Counted from the first letter of the stretch, positions 50,268 to 59,589 are shown. The stretch is DNA of 64,000 nucleotides from Thermoplasmatota archaeon (GCA_028279595.1 JANQNK010000001.1:96001-160000); one strand, 5' to 3'. The notes: generated by a model not told the origin, from the sequence alone. A program made the numbers and translations.

Positions 50268-50732
50268 TCAGATGAAGGGGCGGACGCTGGGCGATATCCG
50301 GACCTGGTACTTCTGCCCGCCGACCGAGACCGAGAAGATGACCTCCTTCCCCCGGGCCTTCCTCTTCGTCTTGGTCACCTCGTCGATGGGAAGGACCACG
50401 GTCTCCCTGAAACCCTTCTTGGCCCACCCTTTGGCCTGACCCATGAACTTCCGCCTGTCGTCGATCCAGCCGTGGCTCTCCGTCGCATAGGCGGTCATCG
50501 GGGGGATCCTGAGGAAGATGATGCGCCTGTCCGTCCTGTAGAGCTCTCCGGAACCAACGTCAGGGAAGACCATAGTTCCGAACAATCCGCCCCCCTTCGA
50601 GACCTCGCAACCTGCGTCCGTGTCCTGGACGACCACGACCTCGCCCTTCTCGAGGATGGGCACTCCCTTATCGTCGTGGATGCTCCCCAGCGGCTCCTTC
50701 ACGTTGCCGAAGTTGTAGTAGGCGATCTCCAT
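50268..50732 (-). CDS. Hypothetical soluble protein, possible PH/GRAM-like fold
   Basis: LEKGEVVV, GELYRTDRRIIF, LPIDEV; starts 6 nt downstream of the giant surface gene. Confidence 0.55.
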   Translation of the reverse strand: MEIAYYNFGNVKEPLGSIHDDKGVPILEKGEVVVVQDTDAGCEVSKGGGLFGTMVFPDVGSGELYRTDRRIIFLRIPPMTAYATESHGWIDDRRKFMGQAKGWAKKGFRETVVLPIDEVTKTKRKARGKEVIFSVSVGGQKYQVRISPSVRPFI

Positions 50733-50738
50733 GGGGGT

Positions 50739-53700
50739 CTACTCCCAGTCCACGTCCTCGTCGTCTTCGTCCTCATCCTCGTCGGCGTCTTCGTCCTCGT
50801 CGTCGAAGGACCAGTCGACATCCTCGTCTTCGTCCTTCTCCTTCTCTTCCTTGTCCTTCGCCGCTGCGCCCTTGACGGGCTTCTTCGTCCTGGTGAGGAG
50901 TCCGAGGATCAATCCGAGTGCTATCGGGATGACGATGGCGAGCACGATGATGAGCATGAAGAAGTCGCTACCAGTTTCACCATCGTCCCCGTTGGGGGGC
51001 TCCACACCCCTAATGCGGATCTCCTGGCCGGTGTTGTTGGTGACGGTTATCTGGTTCTTCCCGCTCGTCGCGGTGAAGGCGATCTCGTAGGTGCCGGAAT
51101 ATCTCATCTCCATCTTGATCTGGTAGGTGACACCGTCGATGTATTCCTGGGTCGTCGGTGTGTATCCAGATGTCCCGGTGTTCGGATTGATGGCATCCAG
51201 GTCGGTGACATTGTCGTTGTAACGGACCTTGATCTGTGTGGGCGCGTCCCCGTCCGGGTCCGAATAGACCACCGAGAACGTGAAGACGGTCGATGGAGTA
51301 CCACCCAATGGCGAGAACGTCATCTGATCCAGCAATGGAGCATTGTCGGCCTCCTCCACGGTGAACGGCCGCCATACGCTCGCTGTCTCCAACAGGCCGT
51401 CGGATGCGACGATCTGGTATCTGTAGGAATCGGCCCCGTAGTCGCCGTTGTCCGGTACGAAGGACCGCGAGTACTGGTAGTCCTTGCCGTCCCAGACGGA
51501 TTTGTCGGTCCTGTCCTTCTCGTCCATGTCGAAGGGTCCGTAGATCGTGCCGTCGCTCGTCCTCTCGAAGTACAGTTGGATGCTGTCAGGCCAGTTCTCG
51601 TCCCGGTCTGAGTAGTTGCACTTGAACCTTACCTGGGTGTTCTCGTCGGGCAGCAGCGGGGCGAACTGGACCTGGATCTCAGGGAGATAATCCACGGGGA
51701 AAGCTCCGTCGAGCTCGGCGACCTCGAAACCGTCCGAGGTCTCGATCTCGTAGGACCTGAAGCCGTTGTGGAGGTTGTCGATCTTCATCCAGAACTCCTT
51801 GCCGTTGAAGGTCGAGACATCGTCCACGTCCCTCTCGTACAGCGGAAGCGTGGGACTGCCCCACGTGTAGATGCGTCCCTCGAGGGCCATGGTGAGGTAT
51901 TCCACCGGGTCGTTATCGGGATCGGTGACGGTGATCATGAGGTCGTAGGGCGTGAACTCGTTCCCCTGGGCGGGATCGTAATCGAACTCGATCGAGGGAG
52001 CCGTGTTGTAGACCGTGATGTATTGGCTCGCTGTCATGTCCGTGAAGATGCCGTCGCTGACGTGGAAGTAGAACTCGTAGATGTCGTGGGGGGCGCCGCT
52101 GGTCGTGAATGCGTAGTAGGTCCCGAAGACCGGGGAGATGGCGTCCTGACGCTCCATCGGCCACGACCTGTTGTTGAAGAAGACGTAGGGCGCACCGTCG
52201 ACCGCGCTGTTGTCCGGATACTTCCCGTCGCTTTGCTGGTATTTTACCCTGAACGTGAAAGAGGTGGACGCGGTCCCGTTGTCCGGAGAGACCCTACCCT
52301 CGCTCAGTACCGGTCTCACGTAGTTAACGGACAGGTCCTCTGCCACCGGTGTCGGGGTCCAGTATCCGAGCGAGTCATTGGCGATGAAGTAGTAGGGGAA
52401 GATCCCGTTGTCAAGGATCAGGGATATGTTGTACATCACCCCGTTGACATAGTCGGTGGTGTTGTCCGACTTGGACATCGTGTGGTTGACACCGTCGATG
52501 TTCATGTACACCGTGCCCGGGACGTCGCCCTCGACATCGGTGTAGTTGATCGTGAAGTTGATCCAGGGATACCCGTCCGGGAATCCCCGTGTCTCGACCG
52601 GGTCCACCATGACCGGCGGTGCATTGTCCACGAAGACCTCCGACTGGTTGGTGGTCGTTGTCTCGCGGGTGTCGTTGAACTCGAACCAGTAGGTGTAGGT
52701 GTTACGCATGAGTGGGAGACTGATCTCGTAATGGGCGTTCGTGAAGTCGGTGTCGATCGTGGTCATGGTGTGCTCGACGCCGTTGACCCATACGCTGCTG
52801 ACCGTGGGCTCCTGACCCTCGTCGTCCATGTAGATGCAGTGGAATGCGACCGGTATGTCCGACGTGTAGTCGTCCGCCTGCACGTATCCGTTCAGGGTCG
52901 CCGGGTCGTTCGCGGTTACCAGGACCTTCCCTTCCTTTGACGTATCGACGTCCCTTGTCCCGATCCATGTCCCCGTGTCGATCTCGATCTCGGTGAGGTT
53001 GTAATGCTTGCCCGACAGGTCAGCGTATATGTACGGAACATCGATGTCGTAGATCATTCCCAGCGAGTCGGTCCTCGCGTCCGTTCCCGAGAATCCGGTG
53101 GTGGCGTATATCGTCCCCTCCTCGCAGGTGACCTTCACGTCGGCGTTCTGTGCGGCCGTTCCGTCGACCAGGTCGACCTCGATGTCTATCTCGTTCCGCG
53201 AGGAGACCCATCCGCTCCCCTGGGCGTTGAACGTGCCGGTGCTGTTGTTCAGATATTCGACATTTCTCAGGATAAGGCGCGAGTCCTGCACCACTCCATC
53301 ATATCCGTAGAACGTGTCCCCGTAGAAGGTCACGTCGGTGATCGTGGCATTGCACCTGTCCTGGAGGTACACCGCCTCCCTCAGGTTCCCGAAGTAGATG
53401 TTGGTCGCAGTGACATCGGAGCCGTCGTAGAGGTAGAGCCCCTTCTTCTGGGTCTCCGCATCGGTCCCGTTGAGGTACATGTCGGTCAGGACGACGGATG
53501 AGCTGTCGGGGACGTAGACGCAGGTCCCCTCGGCCTCGATGCTCCCTGTCACGTCGATGAGCGAGCTGTCGTCGATCCTAAGTCCCCTGGAGGGTAAGGC
53601 CCACAGGTCCAGTGTGAAATCGATATCCGTGACGGAATCGATGTCGATCCCATACGCGGTCAGCCCGGTGCCTGTCATCTCCACGGTGATGGCGGTGCAT

Positions 53701-54356
53701 CCTCCCTGGAGCTCGATCCCGGTCGGGGCTCCCTCGATGTACAGGTCCCTTGAGCCGGACGCACCAATGGTGACGTCGGAACACGTGAAGGCCGATATCC
53801 CGAACTTCACCGAATCCCGTATCTCGAGCCCCTCGAGGGTGGAGTCGCCGACCTTGGACAGGAACACGCCCCAGCTGTTCTCGCTGAAGTCACAGTCCGT
53901 CACCAGCAGGCTGGACACCTCTTCCGCGAAGACCCCGTACTTGTTGTCGTACAGCTCGCAGGTCTCGATGGTCACGGCGTCCGCGTCGACGTACACACCC
54001 GCGTAGACCTGACCTCCGCCCCCGAGCTTGGAGTTGGAGAAGTTGAGGTTAAGCAGGGTGACCCCGTCTGCGATGACGTAGGATCCGTTGCCGGTCCCGT
54101 TCGCATCGATAATGACCTTCCCGGCGTTCCTCCTGATGGTCAGGTTCGCCACGTCCACGACGAGGTTCCCGTCGTAGGAGCCGTTGTTGACCAGGACCAG
54201 GTCCCCGTCCGCCGCGTTGTCGATGGCGTCCTGAATGTTGTCGTAGTCGAATCCGCCGCTGTCGTCAACGGTGATCGTGGCGCCTTCCGAGGTAATACCA
54301 ACCAATGAAAGGAGAGTGAACGCTACTAGCACCATCACAAGATACCTGACAGACAT
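50739..54356 (-). CDS. Large surface protein: parallel beta-helix (NosD/pectin-lyase-like) + six Ig-like repeats + TM + acidic tail
   Basis: ATITVDDSGGFDYDNIQDAIDNAADGD, beta-helix repeats, F.V.Y.D.DGD.P modules, TM, D/E tail. Confidence 0.85.
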   Translation of the reverse strand: MSVRYLVMVLVAFTLLSLVGITSEGATITVDDSGGFDYDNIQDAIDNAADGDLVLVNNGSYDGNLVVDVANLTIRRNAGKVIIDANGTGNGSYVIADGVTLLNLNFSNSKLGGGGQVYAGVYVDADAVTIETCELYDNKYGVFAEEVSSLLVTDCDFSENSWGVFLSKVGDSTLEGLEIRDSVKFGISAFTCSDVTIGASGSRDLYIEGAPTGIELQGGCTAITVEMTGTGLTAYGIDIDSVTDIDFTLDLWALPSRGLRIDDSSLIDVTGSIEAEGTCVYVPDSSSVVLTDMYLNGTDAETQKKGLYLYDGSDVTATNIYFGNLREAVYLQDRCNATITDVTFYGDTFYGYDGVVQDSRLILRNVEYLNNSTGTFNAQGSGWVSSRNEIDIEVDLVDGTAAQNADVKVTCEEGTIYATTGFSGTDARTDSLGMIYDIDVPYIYADLSGKHYNLTEIEIDTGTWIGTRDVDTSKEGKVLVTANDPATLNGYVQADDYTSDIPVAFHCIYMDDEGQEPTVSSVWVNGVEHTMTTIDTDFTNAHYEISLPLMRNTYTYWFEFNDTRETTTTNQSEVFVDNAPPVMVDPVETRGFPDGYPWINFTINYTDVEGDVPGTVYMNIDGVNHTMSKSDNTTDYVNGVMYNISLILDNGIFPYYFIANDSLGYWTPTPVAEDLSVNYVRPVLSEGRVSPDNGTASTSFTFRVKYQQSDGKYPDNSAVDGAPYVFFNNRSWPMERQDAISPVFGTYYAFTTSGAPHDIYEFYFHVSDGIFTDMTASQYITVYNTAPSIEFDYDPAQGNEFTPYDLMITVTDPDNDPVEYLTMALEGRIYTWGSPTLPLYERDVDDVSTFNGKEFWMKIDNLHNGFRSYEIETSDGFEVAELDGAFPVDYLPEIQVQFAPLLPDENTQVRFKCNYSDRDENWPDSIQLYFERTSDGTIYGPFDMDEKDRTDKSVWDGKDYQYSRSFVPDNGDYGADSYRYQIVASDGLLETASVWRPFTVEEADNAPLLDQMTFSPLGGTPSTVFTFSVVYSDPDGDAPTQIKVRYNDNVTDLDAINPNTGTSGYTPTTQEYIDGVTYQIKMEMRYSGTYEIAFTATSGKNQITVTNNTGQEIRIRGVEPPNGDDGETGSDFFMLIIVLAIVIPIALGLILGLLTRTKKPVKGAAAKDKEEKEKDEDEDVDWSFDDEDEDADEDEDEDDEDVDWE

Positions 54357-54399
54357 GGAACATCGCCAGCCCATTTAAACCACGGATTGGATATATAAT

Positions 54400-56442
54400 T
54401 TACTGTTTGATATTGTGAATCCGGCGCCAATTCCGCCTTGACCATTCTATTGCAGCACGCGCCGTCGCGGGTCCCATGTGGGGAAGCCCCTCGATATCGG
54501 CCATCTGCGCCTCCCCCAGCGCCTGCAGGTCTCGGTATCCAGCACCGTACAGTACCCGGCCCCTTCTCCGACCGATCCCGGGTACCCGCATGAGCGGGAG
54601 CAACTCCCGTTTGACCCCGCTCGCGAGCCTTCTCGAGACCTCGCGGGCCGCCTCGCCGACACCCTTGTCCTCGAGGGCCGCTATCTCGGAGTATGCACCA
54701 CCCAGCCAAGCGGCCGTCTCCCTCAGGTTGTGCAGGTCGCCTGGACCTATGCCGAACGTCTCGGTGATCTGCGCCTCCGGCATCTCCTCGATCCATGCCA
54801 TGAGGACGGCGGCGGTCCTGATCGCGTCGTCGTGGTCCTCCGCCGGAACGAGCGGCGTCAGCCAGTCGGTCTCCTCCGTGAACCTGTCGATGTCGTCGGT
54901 GTCCTTTCGCGCTGAAAGCCGGTACATGTCCGGACACGATGCTATGGCCATCAGGTGGTGGAACGCCCCCTCCGGCATGACGGCCACCGCCTGGCGGAAT
55001 AGGACCGCGCTGGCCGGATCGACGTAGACCCGGGAGGTGATCACTCCGAGGTCCGTCGGCCTTATCCCCTCCTCGATGTCGATGAACTCGCCCTCCTCGA
55101 GCATCTCGAGGGTGTGCTCGAGGGCGCTCTCCATGGTCCACAGGTCGGTGGTGTGGGCATAGTATGTATTCGAAAGGAAGTCCTCGATGTCGGCCTCCGA
55201 CCGGCATTCCCCCGTCGCTATGGCCGCTAGGATGTGAACCCTCATGGCCCTCGGGTCGAGGAGCTTCGAGGTTATGGGCTCGACCTCGCCGAGGATGTAG
55301 GCATCGACGGCCTTCCGGGCAGCCCTGTCGTTGCCTGCCACGATCACAGCCTCACCGTGGGGGTCCAGTCCCGGTCGGCCGGCACGCCCCATCATCTGGC
55401 GTATCTCCAGCACCGGGATGTCGGTCATTCCGACACCTCGCTCGAACCGCCTCGTGGTCAGGACGAGTACCCTTCTCGCGGGCAGGTTTATCCCGGCGGC
55501 CAGGGTCGGCGTGGCGAAGAGGACCTTGACGGAACCCTCGCGGAAGGCCGTCTCGACGATCCTCCTCATCTCGCTGCCGAGTCCTGCGTGGTGGAATCCT
55601 GCCCCTCCCTTCATCGCTGCTGTCAATGACTTTCCGATCTCGCCCCAGTCCTCATCGGGTTCGATCGCCGGACCGGATATTCCGAGGGTGGCGCCGAAGG
55701 ACGATGCGTTCTTCGCCGCCTCCTTCCGGCTTCTCGTGAAGACAAGGACCTGTCCGCCCTCGGCGACGGTCTCCCCGACCATGTCCTCCCACCCGGGGCC
55801 CGGTTTCCTCGTCTCACCGTCGATGAAATCGAGAACGCCCTTGGTGAAGACCCCCTCGCGCAATCTGACGGGTCGCCAGTCCGACGTGACCAGCTTCGCA
55901 TCGAGCCACAGGGCGATCCCCATTGCATTTCCGACGGTCGCCGAGAGTGCGACAATCTGGACGCCCCGCCGCTTCATCATCGCCAGGACGATCTCGAGGG
56001 TCGGTCCCCGCCGTTGGTCGGTGATCAGATGGACCTCGTCCGCGATGCATACGCCGACCTCGTCGAAGAAATCGTTGCCATGACGGAGGAGGGCGTCCGC
56101 CTTCTCGGAAGTTACTACGACCACATCGTTGTCCTTCAACGCCCTGTCGTCCGTCGACAGGTCGCCTGTGGAGATGCCCACCTTATACTCGGGAAGGACC
56201 GTCTTGAGGTCCTCGTACTTCTCCGCAGCCAGGGCTCTGAGGGGCACGATGTACAGACCCTTCCTCCCCGACCTAAGGCCGTTGAGGAGCGCCGCGTATG
56301 CGACGAGGCTCTTCCCGGCCGCCGTCGGCACGCTCACGAGGACGCTGCGACCCTCCAAGACATGAGGGATCGCCTCCTCCTGGGGCGGATAGAGGCTCTC
56401 TATGCCCATCCGCTCGAGCATGGGTCCGAGGACGTCGTCCAT
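54400..56442 (-). CDS. hel308: ATP-dependent DNA helicase Hel308 (Ski2-like)
   Basis: LYPPQ, PTAAGKS, PLRALA, DEVH, SAT, FHHAGL, TPTLAAGINLPA, QMMGRAGRP. Confidence 0.95.
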   Translation of the reverse strand: MDDVLGPMLERMGIESLYPPQEEAIPHVLEGRSVLVSVPTAAGKSLVAYAALLNGLRSGRKGLYIVPLRALAAEKYEDLKTVLPEYKVGISTGDLSTDDRALKDNDVVVVTSEKADALLRHGNDFFDEVGVCIADEVHLITDQRRGPTLEIVLAMMKRRGVQIVALSATVGNAMGIALWLDAKLVTSDWRPVRLREGVFTKGVLDFIDGETRKPGPGWEDMVGETVAEGGQVLVFTRSRKEAAKNASSFGATLGISGPAIEPDEDWGEIGKSLTAAMKGGAGFHHAGLGSEMRRIVETAFREGSVKVLFATPTLAAGINLPARRVLVLTTRRFERGVGMTDIPVLEIRQMMGRAGRPGLDPHGEAVIVAGNDRAARKAVDAYILGEVEPITSKLLDPRAMRVHILAAIATGECRSEADIEDFLSNTYYAHTTDLWTMESALEHTLEMLEEGEFIDIEEGIRPTDLGVITSRVYVDPASAVLFRQAVAVMPEGAFHHLMAIASCPDMYRLSARKDTDDIDRFTEETDWLTPLVPAEDHDDAIRTAAVLMAWIEEMPEAQITETFGIGPGDLHNLRETAAWLGGAYSEIAALEDKGVGEAAREVSRRLASGVKRELLPLMRVPGIGRRRGRVLYGAGYRDLQALGEAQMADIEGLPHMGPATARAAIEWSRRNWRRIHNIKQ

Positions 56443-56568
56443 GGGCGGCCAAGGCCCAGAGGGTTCAAAAGCATTCCCTGTAGGGGTCGGTGAAATTGCT
56501 TTCTTCCGGATGGTAGGTTCCGGACCTGTAGTATAAACGACGGGTGACATGGGAATATCGGTGAGGAT

Positions 56569-57060
56569 GTGAGGCGAACCCTCGACGAGCTGATAGACAG
56601 TGTGCTCGAGAACGAGACCAGGCGCAGGATATACATGCACCTGCTGAGGACCCCGGGAGACCACTACCGCGGGATCATGAGAGCAGTGGGGATCGGCAAC
56701 GGCAACCTGTCGTACCACATGCAGGTGATGGAGAAGGCGAGGACAGTGAAGGTCCGGAGGACCCCGGGACGGACGAGGTACTATCCCGCCGAGATCAACC
56801 CAGGACCAGTCCAGAATGACCTGAGGCGGTCACTGATGTTCACGATCGCAACGTCACCCGGGGTCACTGACCGAAATCTGTCGGTCAAGTTCGAGCGTTC
56901 TGTAAGATGGATACGGGAGAACCTTGTCATCCTTGAAGATTCAGACCTCATCGGGATAACAAGAGGCAGAGCGACCTGGAGATGTTTCCTACAGGTGCCA
57001 GAGGAGAACGTTTTCTCGATGAATCCGAGTGGGCTGTTGCATTCACCGACTGGAATATAG
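56569..57060 (+). CDS. Soluble double winged-helix transcription regulator
   Basis: LENETRRRIY..PGDHYRGI..GNLSYHM; second HTH SPGVTDRNLS. Confidence 0.75.
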   Translation: MRRTLDELIDSVLENETRRRIYMHLLRTPGDHYRGIMRAVGIGNGNLSYHMQVMEKARTVKVRRTPGRTRYYPAEINPGPVQNDLRRSLMFTIATSPGVTDRNLSVKFERSVRWIRENLVILEDSDLIGITRGRATWRCFLQVPEENVFSMNPSGLLHSPTGI

Positions 57061-57063
57061 AAG

Positions 57064-57187
57064 CGGACCCGCGGGGATTCGCGCAGCAGATGCTTCGCAT
57101 CAGCGCGGTTCGCGAACAGATTGAGAGATTATTGCCAGCCAGTTCACGAACAACCCTATTGGAGAGCGGGTTCTCAATCGCGGGACC
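57064..57187 (-). ncRNA. Candidate tRNA-Arg-derived structured RNA / att-flanked mini-element
   Basis: Ends in a 19-nt copy of the tRNA-Arg 3' end; its 5' GGTCCCGCG pairs with that end; several internal hairpins. Confidence 0.5.
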
Positions 57188-57210
57188 TCTAATTTACGTA
57201 TGAAAATAGG

Positions 57211-57284
57211 CGGACCCGCGGGGATTCGAACCCCGGACATCCAGCTTAGAAGGCTGGCGCCCTATCCAGCTAGGCCACGGGCCC
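57211..57284 (-). tRNA. tRNA-Arg(TCT)
   Basis: GGGCCCG acceptor, CCAGC-CTTCTAA-GCTGG anticodon arm, CGGGG-TTCGAAT-CCCCG T arm. Confidence 0.97.
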
Positions 57285-57379
57285 ATTACAGCAAAGTGAT
57301 ATTAAAGGCATATTATAAGTTACCTCTCCAGAACCGAACCTTTATTATAGCCGACCCTTTTGACCGCTCAGGTGAGACA

Positions 57380-57853
57380 TTGACTGAGACCATCGAAGCA
57401 CTCGTCGAGGGAGGCAAGGCTACTCCCGGTCCGCCCCTGGGTCCGGCACTCGGTCCGCTGGGAGTGAACATCGGCGAGATCATCAAGACGATCAACGAGA
57501 AGACGAAGGACTTCGACGGGATGAAGGTGCCCGTCAAGGTGAAGGTCAACCCCAAGACCAAGGCGTTCGAGATATCCATCGGAACGCCGCCCGTCAGCGC
57601 TCTCGTTCTCGCGGAGATCGGGATCGACAAGGGCTCGGGCGCCAGGCTCGACTCGGTCGCGGGAAACCTGACCATCGAACAGGCGGCGAAGATCGCGCGG
57701 ATGAAGACGGACTCCCTCCTCGGCAACGACATGAAGGCGAGGGTGAAGGAGGTCGTCGGGTCCTGCGTGTCCATGGGCGTCACCGTCGAGGGCAGGGACC
57801 CGAAGGCCGCCATCAAGGCGATCGATGCCGGCGACCTCATCGTGCCCGAGTGA
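57380..57853 (+). CDS. rpl11: 50S ribosomal protein L11
   Basis: VEGGKATPGPPLGPALGPLG, GMKVPVKV, GSCVSMGVTVEG. TTG start after AGGTGA. Confidence 0.97.
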   Translation: MTETIEALVEGGKATPGPPLGPALGPLGVNIGEIIKTINEKTKDFDGMKVPVKVKVNPKTKAFEISIGTPPVSALVLAEIGIDKGSGARLDSVAGNLTIEQAAKIARMKTDSLLGNDMKARVKEVVGSCVSMGVTVEGRDPKAAIKAIDAGDLIVPE

Positions 57854-57993
57854 GCTGTCGCGACGATCACGACGGCCCTGCGGGGTTCGACGACCGACGT
57901 GGTGCGGACCGGACATCGTCGTTTGTCGTTACACGTTATACAAAAGATACTTATAGGGCACCTTGTTAGGGAAAACCCCACACTGTGATGCCA

Positions 57994-58719
57994 ATGATCC
58001 AGGGGGTAATAGGAAACTTCGAGTGGACACCAGTCTCGATACTCTCGCTCCTAGGCCAGGTACTTGCAGTGCTGTTCGTCGTGATAGGCGCCGTTCTCCT
58101 GTTCTCCCTGGTCATCGGATACCGGGCCTACAGGAGGGGAAAGGTCCGGATGCCCGGCCCCATCCTCCTCGTGATCGATATCTTCTACACCCCGTTGAAG
58201 AAGCTCCTCAAGGTCTTCCGGAAGGACCCGAGGGTCGTCGACGACATCTCGATCGTCCTCCGCAACCACGTCAACATGGAGAACTACGCGATCACCAAGC
58301 CGGAGGAGCGCGTCGTCCTCGTACCGCAGTGCCTCCGGCACACCCGGTGCCCCGCGCCGATGAGCTCGGAGGACGGATTCACCTGCAGGGTCTGCGGTCT
58401 CTGCGACATTGCGAAGATTTATAAAGTGGGAAACGCAATCGGGACAGAGGTCTACATTGCGCCCGGGGGCAGATTCGCTAAGAGGATTCTCTCTCGGTCC
58501 AAACATGGGGGCAAAAAGGCTGTACTCGGTGTAGCCTGCCATACCGATCTATATGAGGGCCTTCTCGCGGCGAAGATAGGGGATATCCCTGCACAGGGGG
58601 TGCCCTTGAAGACCGAGGGGTGCGTGGCGACCAAAGTCGACATCGACAGGGTAATAGACATGATGCTCGTGGGACTGAACGCGGAAGAGACCGATCGGGT
58701 CAGGGAGTTGGTGGCGTGA
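57994..58719 (+). CDS. DUF116 family Cys-rich membrane protein
   Basis: PQCLRHTRCPA, CRVCGLC, GVAC, GC..T.VD. Confidence 0.85.
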   Translation: MIQGVIGNFEWTPVSILSLLGQVLAVLFVVIGAVLLFSLVIGYRAYRRGKVRMPGPILLVIDIFYTPLKKLLKVFRKDPRVVDDISIVLRNHVNMENYAITKPEERVVLVPQCLRHTRCPAPMSSEDGFTCRVCGLCDIAKIYKVGNAIGTEVYIAPGGRFAKRILSRSKHGGKKAVLGVACHTDLYEGLLAAKIGDIPAQGVPLKTEGCVATKVDIDRVIDMMLVGLNAEETDRVRELVA

Positions 58720-59450
58720 TACTGCCTGCAAGTCCCTACTTCTGGCTCTCCGTCATCACCATCGGTGCCACTGCGACGTTCTTCTCGCTGATCGGTTTCG
58801 CACTGTTCGTTGGCAAGCGAAACATCGACAGGGACAGGAAGAGCTTCCCGAAGTTCACCCTGGCGATCATCACCACGTTCTACAATCCCATCCGTCTCCT
58901 CCTGAGGAAGTTCGGAAAGGACGACCGCATCGTCCAGCGGATCGGCGTCGACCTCTACAACCACCTCGCAGAGGAACGGTACTCCAAGGTCCCGGCGGGC
59001 GAGAGGATCGTCGTGATCCCGCACTGTCTGAGGGACATCAACTGTCCGGCGAAGACCGACCCCATCGCAGGTATATTGTGCGTGAAGTGCAACAAGTGCG
59101 GCATCGGCCCGTTCATTACGAAGGCCGAGGAGCACGGGGTCAAGACCTACGTGGTCAACGGGTCCTCCTTCGTGAAGAGGGTCGTGATCCATTACCAACC
59201 AAAGGGCGTATACGGTGTTGCATGCACGAGGGACCTCTTCGAGGTCGAGCACGCCATCAACTCGAGGGGCATCCCGATGGTGGGCAACCTCCTGATGAGG
59301 GACGGCTGCGTGGGGACCGACGTCGACTGGGATTCCGCAATGAAGAAGTTCACCATCGGACTGCCTCCCATCCCGAGCGAGATGGCCGAGGCGGCTCCGG
59401 AGACTCCTGCCGTCGAGCCGGCAACGGCCGAGACCGAGGCAGAGGCCTGA
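58716..59450 (+). CDS. DUF116 family Cys-rich membrane protein (tandem paralogue)
   Basis: PHCLRDINCPA, CVKCNKC, GSSF, GVAC, DGCVGTDVD; GTGA overlap with the upstream paralogue. Confidence 0.85.
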   Translation: MILPASPYFWLSVITIGATATFFSLIGFALFVGKRNIDRDRKSFPKFTLAIITTFYNPIRLLLRKFGKDDRIVQRIGVDLYNHLAEERYSKVPAGERIVVIPHCLRDINCPAKTDPIAGILCVKCNKCGIGPFITKAEEHGVKTYVVNGSSFVKRVVIHYQPKGVYGVACTRDLFEVEHAINSRGIPMVGNLLMRDGCVGTDVDWDSAMKKFTIGLPPIPSEMAEAAPETPAVEPATAETEAEA

Positions 59451-59589
59451 TAACGATCGACCAACATATCACTGGAAGATTTTCCCCGGGCTTTTCAGCA
59501 TGTGCTATCTCGGGCCATGTCTCCGGAACGTACCATTACTTCCTGTGGAGACTGGGTCATACTGACAAATCAAGACTGGCTCATCGGGA

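Noticed and set aside
57064-57187. Element B as an intron-containing tRNA-Arg(TCG)
   Set aside because: A TCG-centred loop can be drawn, but I could not build a BHB motif together with a paired anticodon stem and T stem.
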